Origin: Rebecca billardiae RCC1528
Lineage: Eukaryota; Protista; Haptophyta
Direction of reading: 5' to 3'
Length of the DNA stretch: 64,000 nt
Assembly: GCA_965240325.2 (NCBI GenBank)
Contig: OZ251227.1
Location: forward strand, 1,178,001 to 1,242,000
Part shown: positions 54,783-64,000 of the stretch, in pieces
How the letters are laid out: every line of letters starts with the position of its first letter
Numbering within the stretch: position 1 is the first letter of the stretch
The notes under the pieces: generated by a model
The model's database searches: none
Told to the model about the DNA's origin: nothing
Seen by the model: the letters and a program-made list of their open reading frames with translations, nothing else
Position numbers and translations under genes: made by a program

Positions 54783-56507
54783 ATGGCCTCGCTGGTCCTC
54801 CTGCTGCACGCTGCCCGGGCAAACCAGGCGCCGAGCCAGCAAATCATCGATCCAAACATGCGCGTCGTCGAGATAGCCGACCAGCTATCGAGTCGATGCG
54901 CGAAGCAGTGCATCCCCGAGCTCCGGTACAACGCGGGGGTCGCCGCCGCGGACGTGGGCCGCTCGCGCGAGGCCATCAAGCACCTGACCGAAGCCGCGCA
55001 GACCGACGCGAAGCGTGGCCTCGGGTTCAGGATGATGGTTCGCGAGAGGCTGGCCAAGCAGCTCCTCGCCGTCGGCAGCACGGCCGACGCGTGCGCGCTG
55101 CTCCGCCGGCTGCTTGGCAACAAGTCGCTGACCGCCGCCATGCGCTACAGCTGCGCCAGCATGCTGCGGACGTGCGAGCTCGAGCTCGGGCTGTCCGAGC
55201 CATCCAGCGAGCTGAGGGCCGAGGAGGCGGGCTACGATCACACGCTCAGGGGGTTCTGGAGCGACTACGAGGGCTGGGGTGCTGAGCGCACGCGCGGCGA
55301 CACGATCGCAGTCCTCGAGCGCGTTCCGAGCGCGGGGGAGTTTGGCGGCTTTGTCGCGCGCCGCCAGCCTGTCGTGATCGGCGACCCTGCCGCCGCGGCC
55401 GCGGACCCAGTGGCCTTGCTCGAGGCCCTCGGCTGGCGTGACCCCGCCGCCGTCTTCACCGGGCCCCGGCTCGCCGAGCTGATGGGCGACGAGGAGGTGT
55501 TCGTGGAGGCGGTGCGCGTGCAGCCGGCGCGTGAGCACGTGCCCGCCGTGTTCGGCCACGAGAACGGCGCGCACCGCCGGCTGGTGTGCAACGTGTCGGA
55601 CGTGCTCTTCGACATGGCGGGCTCTCGCTGCCGCGCGCGCGCGCTCGGCCTGGCCGGGCAGAGCTGCCTCGACCAGCGCCTTGGCGTCCTCCCGATCTCA
55701 CGCGCCGGAACTGCCCACTGCGACGACGAGGAGGAGGACGACGACGGCACACGCTGGCAGCTGTACGCCAATCTGCAAGCGACGCTGCGACCCGTGCCTC
55801 CCGAAGCGTACCCATACACGCGCCCGCTCTTCCGCATCCGCGACAGCGTGCCCATCCCGCCGTTTGTGCGCGGCGGCGGCCATAACGTCACTCGAGCCAA
55901 CCTGTGGGTTGGACACGCGGCGCACGGCCGCTCGCAGCTGCACGTCGACCACACGGAGAACCTGTACGTGCTGGCGCGCGGGAGCAAGCGGCTGCGCATC
56001 TTCCCGCCGAGCGAGGCGCGCGCACTCCGGCCCGAGCTGCCGCCCACGTACGTCTCCGCCTCCGGCCTGACGACCTTCGCGGCGCCAAGTGCGGACAGGG
56101 GCACCGGCGTCTTCAGCGAGCTCGTGCTCACCTCGCCCGTTCCCGGCGCCAGCGCTGTAGGGCCGTATCCGGAGCAGGCCGCACGCGCGCGCAGGCAAGG
56201 GTACGAAGTGCAGCTGCGCGCGGGGCAGGCGCTGTACCTGCCCGCCTTCTGGTGGCACGAAGTCGAGAGCGAGGGCGGGCCGCCGCTGAGGGTGTCGGCG
56301 AGTCTGGGCCCTGCTGCCGACGACTCGTCTGCGGATGCTGCTGCTGATGATGACGGGCAGGCGTGCACGGCTGACCGGGCCCGGGGGCTGACCCGCGCAG
56401 CCGCAGATGACGGCCTCGACATCCACGTGGCCGTGAACTACTGGTTCGGCACTCCTGCCGACGCCGACGACGCCGTGTTCCACGCGATGTCGTCAGCCGC
56501 GTCATGA
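54783..56507 (+). CDS. Secretory-pathway JmjC/cupin_8 2-oxoglutarate dioxygenase with N-terminal TPR-like helices
   Basis: Signal peptide MASLVLLLHAARA; RQPVVI, NLWVG, SQLHVDHTENLY...GSKR.R.FPP, LYLPAFWWHEV and AVNYWF (HxD...H triad). Confidence 0.88.
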   Translation: MASLVLLLHAARANQAPSQQIIDPNMRVVEIADQLSSRCAKQCIPELRYNAGVAAADVGRSREAIKHLTEAAQTDAKRGLGFRMMVRERLAKQLLAVGSTADACALLRRLLGNKSLTAAMRYSCASMLRTCELELGLSEPSSELRAEEAGYDHTLRGFWSDYEGWGAERTRGDTIAVLERVPSAGEFGGFVARRQPVVIGDPAAAAADPVALLEALGWRDPAAVFTGPRLAELMGDEEVFVEAVRVQPAREHVPAVFGHENGAHRRLVCNVSDVLFDMAGSRCRARALGLAGQSCLDQRLGVLPISRAGTAHCDDEEEDDDGTRWQLYANLQATLRPVPPEAYPYTRPLFRIRDSVPIPPFVRGGGHNVTRANLWVGHAAHGRSQLHVDHTENLYVLARGSKRLRIFPPSEARALRPELPPTYVSASGLTTFAAPSADRGTGVFSELVLTSPVPGASAVGPYPEQAARARRQGYEVQLRAGQALYLPAFWWHEVESEGGPPLRVSASLGPAADDSSADAAADDDGQACTADRARGLTRAAADDGLDIHVAVNYWFGTPADADDAVFHAMSSAAS

Positions 56508-57409
56508 CATCACGATGACGTCTCGTGAACATCAGACTCATCGTCGCCGGCTCTGGCCTGGTTAGTGACCCCTGCCAGTCCCCGTTACTGTACCTGTGAC
56601 ACGTCATAGAAATAACCACGCGCAACCTACCGAAAATAATGATCTCGTCATTCATCATCAGCATATATATCATCGTCGTCGCATATATTATTCCTGCGGC
56701 CGAATAATTATAACCGTCAGCACCGAGGCGGGTGACTGACGGACCTCACGGCCACGGGCGCCCTCTCGACCACGGGCAGCTGCGCCTCCGCACTGCCCGC
56801 GCCCGTCGTTCGTTTGTAAAATAATGAAGCGCCGCAGCGGTGCTGACCGGTCCCAGCACGTGTGCTCATGCTGGACGAGAATGTGCAGGACGATGGGCAA
56901 CTTGTCTTAATTACTTGAACTCGAGGCGAGCGGTGCGGCACTGCAGGGCGAAGGCGCGGACAGCAGACAACCTCACCGAGTGCAGAGGGGACTGCCAAAG
57001 GCAAAGCAAAGGCGCACACTTCGTGTGAGCCGAGCTCAAGTCTCAAGAGAGCGGTCGGAGGAAAGCGCAGCCCCGGTGTCGTGAGACCCCTGCGGCCTGC
57101 CCGGCTCGGCGCACGCGTCGCGACGCCCCCGGTGGGTCCCTTGGGCCGCCACGCTGCCAAATGAGTGCTTGCCGAAATAAGTACCGTGTCCTGCAGGCGC
57201 TGGCGGTGCCGGCCGGATGGGCTGCTGAGCGGACTGAACTAAGCTAGGTGTCACCAGGACTGCTGCGCGCGCTGTCCACCACGGCGCCCGGCGCCGGACA
57301 GCTGGTTGATGTTATCACTATTCACTGCCGAGCGAGCCGGATGGCTTGGTGTCGCTCCTAGCACTTAGCAGAAGCAGACACTCAGCAATTGTGCTGCCAA
57401 TTAATAACA

Positions 57410-58507
<1,098 letters not shown>

Positions 58508-58537
58508 ATATATATGTTCATATTCATCGTCGCCGAT

Positions 58538-58657
58538 TCAGACGGATTGAGCCGGTTGAGCGGGCTGGTTCCAGGCTGTGCACATATGCGGCGCAGCATC
58601 AGACGGATTGAGCCGGTTGAGCGGGCTGGTTCCAGGCTGTGCACATGCGGCGCAGCA
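58538..58657. repeat. Tandem duplication (61 + 59 bp) of the 3' end of the adjacent gene, including its stop codon
   Basis: tcagacggattgagccggttgagcgggctggttccaggctgtgcac(at)atgcggcgcagca occurs twice. Confidence 0.95.
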
Positions 58658-59747
58658 TCGGGTCTGCCCTGCGCACCGCCCGGAGGCCGCCATCCTCCGG
58701 GAAGAGCTCGTCCCTGCGCAACCGCTCCGCGACCGCGGGCGCGTTGTAGCACTCTGTCGAGATCTTGAACTCGACGATCGCAAGATCTCTGCGCCACGCA
58801 TCCCTTGGGTGGTGCGCGGCGACAGCGCTGGTGTAGTTGAGCACGACCCCGAGCGACTCCGACGCGGTGTACAGGTTCAGTTCCTCGTGCGGCGAGACCC
58901 CCGTTGTGTTCACGTAGAAGACCGCGGTCGCTTGGTTCGCCGGCTTCTTGAAGCTCACCTGGTTGAACATCGGGCACGCCCACGCCCACTCGTTGGTGCT
59001 GGCGAGCAGCCCAACGTGCATGCGCTGCCGCGCGCGCATGGTGGTCCAGTCGTCGTCGCGGCAGGTCACGTTGTTGTAGTTTTCGGCGAACCGGCGCCAG
59101 TAACGATTGCGTATCTTCCATGCCGCACTGAACGACACGCCGGACAGCTGCCCGTTGTGCGCGAGGTTGCCCACGTAGTCTAGCTTGCGCTGCACGCTGC
59201 TGCGATGCCCTCGCGGGGTCGGCGGCGGGGCCGTCCAGTTGGCCCGCTTCGTGCCACTCCGCGGACCATGGAAGTGGTCGTACCGGCGCTGAGCGTACTG
59301 CGCGGGCGTGTAGTCAGCGGGGCACGGCGGTATCACATTGTTCACCCGCAGGATCCAAATGTCGTGTGGGTAAGCGCCGCCGCGCTGATCAGGGCCCATC
59401 GTGTCGTACGCAAAGCCGACGTCGCCGGCGGGTGGCTGACCCCAGATGCACATGGGCGTCTCCGCGTGCAAGAGGCTCGCCGGCAAGAGTTCAGCGCCGA
59501 TGTGCTTTGCCTCGCCATGGATGCACTTGGAGTCGCGCTCTGCGCGATTCCTGCCGTACCGGCTGGTGCACTCGACCACGCGCATTGTCACGCCCACGTC
59601 GCCGCGGAGGGAGACGCTGAGCTTCTCGAGAGCCTGCTCACTACGTGAGGCAATGCGCTCAATGCACTCGTCCACCGGATCGGCGCCGCCCCTCGCAGCG
59701 CTCGTGCCGAGGAGCGCCATAGCGAGTACCCGCGAGCGGGACACCAT
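58599..59747 (-). CDS. Hypothetical secreted protein (382 aa, Cys/Trp/Tyr-rich)
   Basis: Signal peptide [20 protein letters not shown], globular composition, several NxS/T sequons. No family recognised. Confidence 0.7.
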   Translation of the reverse strand: MVSRSRVLAMALLGTSAARGGADPVDECIERIASRSEQALEKLSVSLRGDVGVTMRVVECTSRYGRNRAERDSKCIHGEAKHIGAELLPASLLHAETPMCIWGQPPAGDVGFAYDTMGPDQRGGAYPHDIWILRVNNVIPPCPADYTPAQYAQRRYDHFHGPRSGTKRANWTAPPPTPRGHRSSVQRKLDYVGNLAHNGQLSGVSFSAAWKIRNRYWRRFAENYNNVTCRDDDWTTMRARQRMHVGLLASTNEWAWACPMFNQVSFKKPANQATAVFYVNTTGVSPHEELNLYTASESLGVVLNYTSAVAAHHPRDAWRRDLAIVEFKISTECYNAPAVAERLRRDELFPEDGGLRAVRRADPMLRRMCTAWNQPAQPAQSV

Positions 59748-60789
59748 CGTGTTTCTGCCTTCTCAGCCGTTCTGGCCTGCGCGGCTGCCCGGGCAGGTGG
59801 GTGACTGTGATGGCGCTGGCCGTGTGACACTAGACACGAGTACGATACTGAGCAGTTACTAGTTACTGCAATATGCTAGTTAGTAGTTACTGTGCGATTG
59901 CTTGTAGACGGCCGGTGTTGACCGGACTGACTCTGATGTAAGCTCATCATCGGAAGTGCGATATCATCAAGTCATGGGCGCACCGCGCACATTCTGAATC
60001 AGCGCAGAGCGCTTGGCTGGTCGCTGGAGAGTCACTTAGTGTCCGCCCAGGACTAGTAGAGTGAATGTCACTGAATGCTTCTGCGCGGGTTCCGACGACG
60101 TTATGTCTCGGACCACAATCACCACTGGCACTGATATCGATGAAGTTTCTGTCTCTCTCGCGTCACCACTACGCCGACGTTGACTAGTGTAACCCGGTAG
60201 GCGGTACCACTAACTACCTAGTACCTAGCTAGTCCTAAGAATGCCGGCGTGAGCCTACGCCTGGGAAGTGATGGGCAAGCTAATGACGCTAATGTAGCAT
60301 CGGGGCCAGGACATATTCAGAGTCTGGGTAGCTTATCGTCACTCGTCAGTAGTCTGCTGTCCGACGCTGATCATCAGTTTATCAGCACTGATATCATCAC
60401 TCATCAGTGCATTCCTAAGTGCGGCCCCTTATGACCCAAGCGAAGTCCCAATGGCGACCAAGCAAGGGGCTCCCCAAGGACTGCGAAGGACCGCCAAGGC
60501 TTCCCAGGGACCTCCTTTTGCGCGTCAGCTCAAACCCGGCACCCTCGCACGCTCACCTCGTCACCCCTCGGCACCTTGCCCGACCTGTCTCCCTCGAGGT
60601 GAGCCCACGGACCCACGCCGCCAATCGCGATCGGAGCGACACGAATGCGCATGGACCTCGGCATCTTTCGATGTCGATCGTCGTTACTACTACGTACTTA
60701 CAAATCTCGTTACAAGATCCTGGATTAGCAGCGGCTACTCATCATCCGGGCGCAGGCCAGGCGGCGGGCTCGGGGCTCGCATCGAGGCG

Positions 60790-63513
60790 ATGGCATCGCA
60801 CGCGGGCGGGCGGGTCGTGCGGGCGCGCGAGCACAATGCAGCGGAGGTCTCGCATGAGATGTCGCTCAAAGGCAAGGCCAGCCGCGACTTTGTCAACGTC
60901 GCGCTCTCGTCCATCTGGATGGTGGACTCGGAGCTGCCAGCCGAGTTCCAGTCGGCCGCCGAGTCGACCACCACGCAGCGGCGGGCGATGCCGTTCAATC
61001 GCTCGGACTCGCGCTCGACTTTGCCGCCGCTGCCATCCGTGGCGCAGCTCTCCGCGCAGGTCGCGGACGAGCTTGCCTTCATCACGCACAGCGAGTCCAT
61101 CGACGACCTGCTGCACGCGGCGTCGTCCAATGCCGCGCAGGCGGCACAGATGCAACGGCGGAAAGCCAGCGAGCCGGCACCGCATACGGTGCCTGGCGAC
61201 GGCTCCGCGGCGCAGACCGATGGCGGGGCGGAGGACGAGACGGCGATGCCGCCGCATGAGGAGCGCGCGCCTACGGGCACCGGCGCCGATGCGCCGGCAG
61301 AAGAGGACGCGCTGCACGAGGAGGCGGGCGTGTCCATCTCCATCTCCGTGCCGCAGCCAAAGGCGGCGACGGCCCCGGCGGCCGAACCCAACGGCGAGAG
61401 TGGTGGCATTGGTGGCGGCCACGGCATGGGCGGCGAGTCGGGCGAGAGGGTTGGCACGGCGGACACGCATGCCAGCGCGCTCTCTCGCGAGTCACTCTGG
61501 TCGCAGCTCAGCGCGGGCGCGAGCATCTCGTACCGACAGTTCGACCCGAACGCCTCCGGGCCGGCCGTGCTGAGCGCCGCAGAGATCTTCTCCGCCAAGC
61601 TGGCGGCGGGGGCAGAGAAGCACGCGCGCAGGCAGCACGAGCACGCGCCGGCGAGCGAGCATGCTGCGCCCGCGGCCGCCGCGGAAGCCCCGGCCTCGCG
61701 CTCGCCTGCAGCTGGCGGCGACGGGCCGCGGCGGCCCGGCGCCCGGCCGGCACGCACCGCGGCACGCGTGACGCGCCCGCCTCGGCCCGTGTCTGTCCCG
61801 TGGACAAACATCGAGGCGGTGCACACGAGCGAGCCCGCGCTGCAGCTCGAGCATGCGCTCGCGCAGCTGCGGCGCACGCCCTTCTTCGACGACTACGACG
61901 AGGACGAGCTCGCCGACGTCGTGCGCCAGGGCTCGGTCATGCGGTACGAGCGGTACGGGTGCGTGTACCGCGAGGGCGTGCTCGGCCGCTCCGTGTTTGT
62001 CGTCCTGCGCGGCCGGCTGCGCCTCGTCTCGTTCCGGGGGGAGGTCAGCCTGCTCGACGGCGCGAGCCCCACGCAGCCCGAGGGCTCGCTGCTCCAGCTG
62101 GTCGCCGGCGGCTTGTGCTTTGGGCTGGAGGCGTGCGCCGAGTCGGATGGCAGGCCCATCCCCCGGCTCGGCACCGCCCTCGCCGCGAGCGCCGACGTGC
62201 TGCTGCTCGCGCTGCCCCGCGGCGCGCTCGGGCATCGGGACGCGTCGCTGCGCGCGGAGCTGAGCGCGTACGTGCTGACGCACATACTCGAGAGCAACTG
62301 GATCTTCCGAGGCCTGCCCGCCGACGAGATCTTCAAGGTGGCACCGCTCTTCCACTTCCGCCAGGTGAGCAGCGGCACCGTGATGATGCGGCAGGGCGAG
62401 GTCGCCACCGACTTCTTCGTCGTCGCGGTCGGCAGCTTCCGCGCGGTGCGCTCGGACGTGGGCGTCAAGGAGGCGCTGAAGAACCCCGCGTACGACCTCG
62501 GCTACAAAGGCGGCACCGGGCAGAGCGGCCGCGAGCAGGCGCCGACCAGGGTGCAGACGGTGCTCGGCGCCTCGCAGCCCTTCTCGCACTTTGGCGAGGG
62601 CGGGCTGATCGCCTTCCTCGAGGGCCGGACCGTGGAGCGGATGGCGACCGTCGAGGCGGACACGCAGTCGTGGGTGCTCGCGCTCGAGCCGCAGCACTTT
62701 GGCCAGTTTGCAGACGCGATGCCCGACGTGATGACGCGCTTCCAGCGCCACCACCGCCTGCTCGACAAGCTGAACAAGGACCACGCGGTCGAGGTGCGCC
62801 AGCGGGACACGGTGCGCGGCATGATGCGCGAGACGGAGATGTACGGCGACGCGCTCTCTCGCGCCATCGTCCGCACGCACGAGCAGCGCATGGACGACGC
62901 CGCGGCAAGCAGGATGCTCGCCGGCGGCTCCATTCGCGCGCGGCGCGACGAGGGCGAGCGGGACGACGAGCGGAGCTCGGAGCGGGGCATGCATGCCCCG
63001 GCGGGGCGCCAGGCTCCCGGCGGCGCGGCGGTCGAGGCCGTCGCCCTGTCCACTCCAGAGGTGCACGTCGAGGGCGAGGAGGAGGAGGGCGAGGGAGCGG
63101 GGACGACCGCTCGCACGTCGGGCGATCGCGGCGCACTTTCGGCAGTGCGCTTCGCCGCCAAGCTCCGCCGCGGCGCGTCGGAGACGCGGCTGAGCGGGGC
63201 GGGGCGGGCGGCCGCCGCCGCCGATGGCAAGCTGCCCCCTCTGCAGCAATCGCGCACGTCGACTGCGTCCGTGGCGTCGCGATCGTCGTCGACATCGCAG
63301 CAGACGCTCTCGCGGCCTGGGTCGAGGGCGTCGATGCGGCCGCGCTCGCAGCGCTCCTCAGGGAGGCCGTCGCGCCGCACGTCGATCGAGCAGAAGATCG
63401 ACGCGCAGGAGGAGGAGCTCATGTTCGCCGGCGTCGCGGAGACCCTGCGCGCCGAGCCGCCCGAGTACTTCGACAGCCGGCAGCTCCAGCTGCTTCAGCG
63501 TCTGAGTGACTGA
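60790..63513 (+). CDS. Tandem cyclic-nucleotide-binding domain protein with long disordered termini
   Basis: CNB-A ~61870-62230 (YREG..G.SVFVVLRG..FG....PR..T); CNB-B ~62290-62720 (MRQGE.ATDFFVV..G..FGE.GL....RMATV). Start uncertain (60790 preferred). Confidence 0.82.
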   Translation: MASHAGGRVVRAREHNAAEVSHEMSLKGKASRDFVNVALSSIWMVDSELPAEFQSAAESTTTQRRAMPFNRSDSRSTLPPLPSVAQLSAQVADELAFITHSESIDDLLHAASSNAAQAAQMQRRKASEPAPHTVPGDGSAAQTDGGAEDETAMPPHEERAPTGTGADAPAEEDALHEEAGVSISISVPQPKAATAPAAEPNGESGGIGGGHGMGGESGERVGTADTHASALSRESLWSQLSAGASISYRQFDPNASGPAVLSAAEIFSAKLAAGAEKHARRQHEHAPASEHAAPAAAAEAPASRSPAAGGDGPRRPGARPARTAARVTRPPRPVSVPWTNIEAVHTSEPALQLEHALAQLRRTPFFDDYDEDELADVVRQGSVMRYERYGCVYREGVLGRSVFVVLRGRLRLVSFRGEVSLLDGASPTQPEGSLLQLVAGGLCFGLEACAESDGRPIPRLGTALAASADVLLLALPRGALGHRDASLRAELSAYVLTHILESNWIFRGLPADEIFKVAPLFHFRQVSSGTVMMRQGEVATDFFVVAVGSFRAVRSDVGVKEALKNPAYDLGYKGGTGQSGREQAPTRVQTVLGASQPFSHFGEGGLIAFLEGRTVERMATVEADTQSWVLALEPQHFGQFADAMPDVMTRFQRHHRLLDKLNKDHAVEVRQRDTVRGMMRETEMYGDALSRAIVRTHEQRMDDAAASRMLAGGSIRARRDEGERDDERSSERGMHAPAGRQAPGGAAVEAVALSTPEVHVEGEEEEGEGAGTTARTSGDRGALSAVRFAAKLRRGASETRLSGAGRAAAAADGKLPPLQQSRTSTASVASRSSSTSQQTLSRPGSRASMRPRSQRSSGRPSRRTSIEQKIDAQEEELMFAGVAETLRAEPPEYFDSRQLQLLQRLSD

Positions 63514-64000
63514 CTGACTACTGTTGAAGCGCGTGCATTTAATCTTTCCGATATGATGATGCTGATGTACTGTACAGTATGAGTCCGTGATGCGCTCTGC
63601 TCGGATATGAGAAATATAATTATTATACGACCGCGTTTTACGCGGTCCTTTTTACCGTAGAACGAACGTAGTTCGGGGCCCGCGGTGGCGGTGCACCCTC
63701 CGTCGCAGTCGTCTATTGACAGACCAGTTGCATGCCCGTACAACTAGACTCCAGCGGCGCGCCGCTGCGCCCCGGTGCCGGCGCCGGGCGCGGGCCCATC
63801 GCAGCCGCCGGCGCCGGCGCCCGGATTGTGTACAGGCGGATGCGACGAGGCGTGATCGACGCATGAGCGCGACTCCACGTGCACGCCAGGCCACGTGGAG
63901 CTGACAGCCAGGGAACACGGTGCGGGGCCGCGGATTCGTTCGGGCCGCTGCTGCTGACCGCGCTGTCTGTCGTCACCGCGCGCCGCCGGGCAGCGCCAGG

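Overview
Eukaryotic nuclear DNA, extremely GC- and CpG-rich, with short (about 100-165 nt) GT-AG introns. It comes from a photosynthetic alga with a complex plastid: Psb27 carries a signal peptide, a transit peptide and a Tat signal. Composition and selenoprotein content suggest a haptophyte such as Pavlovales (inference). I support about 20 protein-coding genes: two paralogous SelW/Rdx selenoproteins (spliced CxxU motif with in-frame TGA plus a 3' SECIS, both missed by the ORF track), TMEM70-like, a 2,926-aa [CHAT protease-STAND NTPase]x2 protein, Psb27, GTPBP2, TIM23, CNOT3, a divergent FAM50/XAP5, ankyrin-STI1, an ARM/IQ protein, a Lines homologue, a bacterial-type MTHFR-like protein, a stand-alone SET domain, ATM, a TIR/HET-like domain with about 39 LRRs, a secreted JmjC protein, a tandem cNMP-binding protein and two orphans. 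Genes mostly alternate strand, with short head-to-head promoters and longer, AT-richer tail-to-tail spacers full of micro-duplications. Repeats include a 1.07-kb nested foldback element, a 5'-truncated RLE-type LINE inserted in a (TA)n microsatellite, and long (CA)n/(TA)n tracts. The best candidates for undescribed biology are two NLR-like immune modules (duplicated CHAT-STAND; TIR/HET-LRR), an insertion-biased micro-duplication process visible by comparing repeat copies, and the membrane-anchored selenoprotein pair. All calls are by eye; no searches were run.
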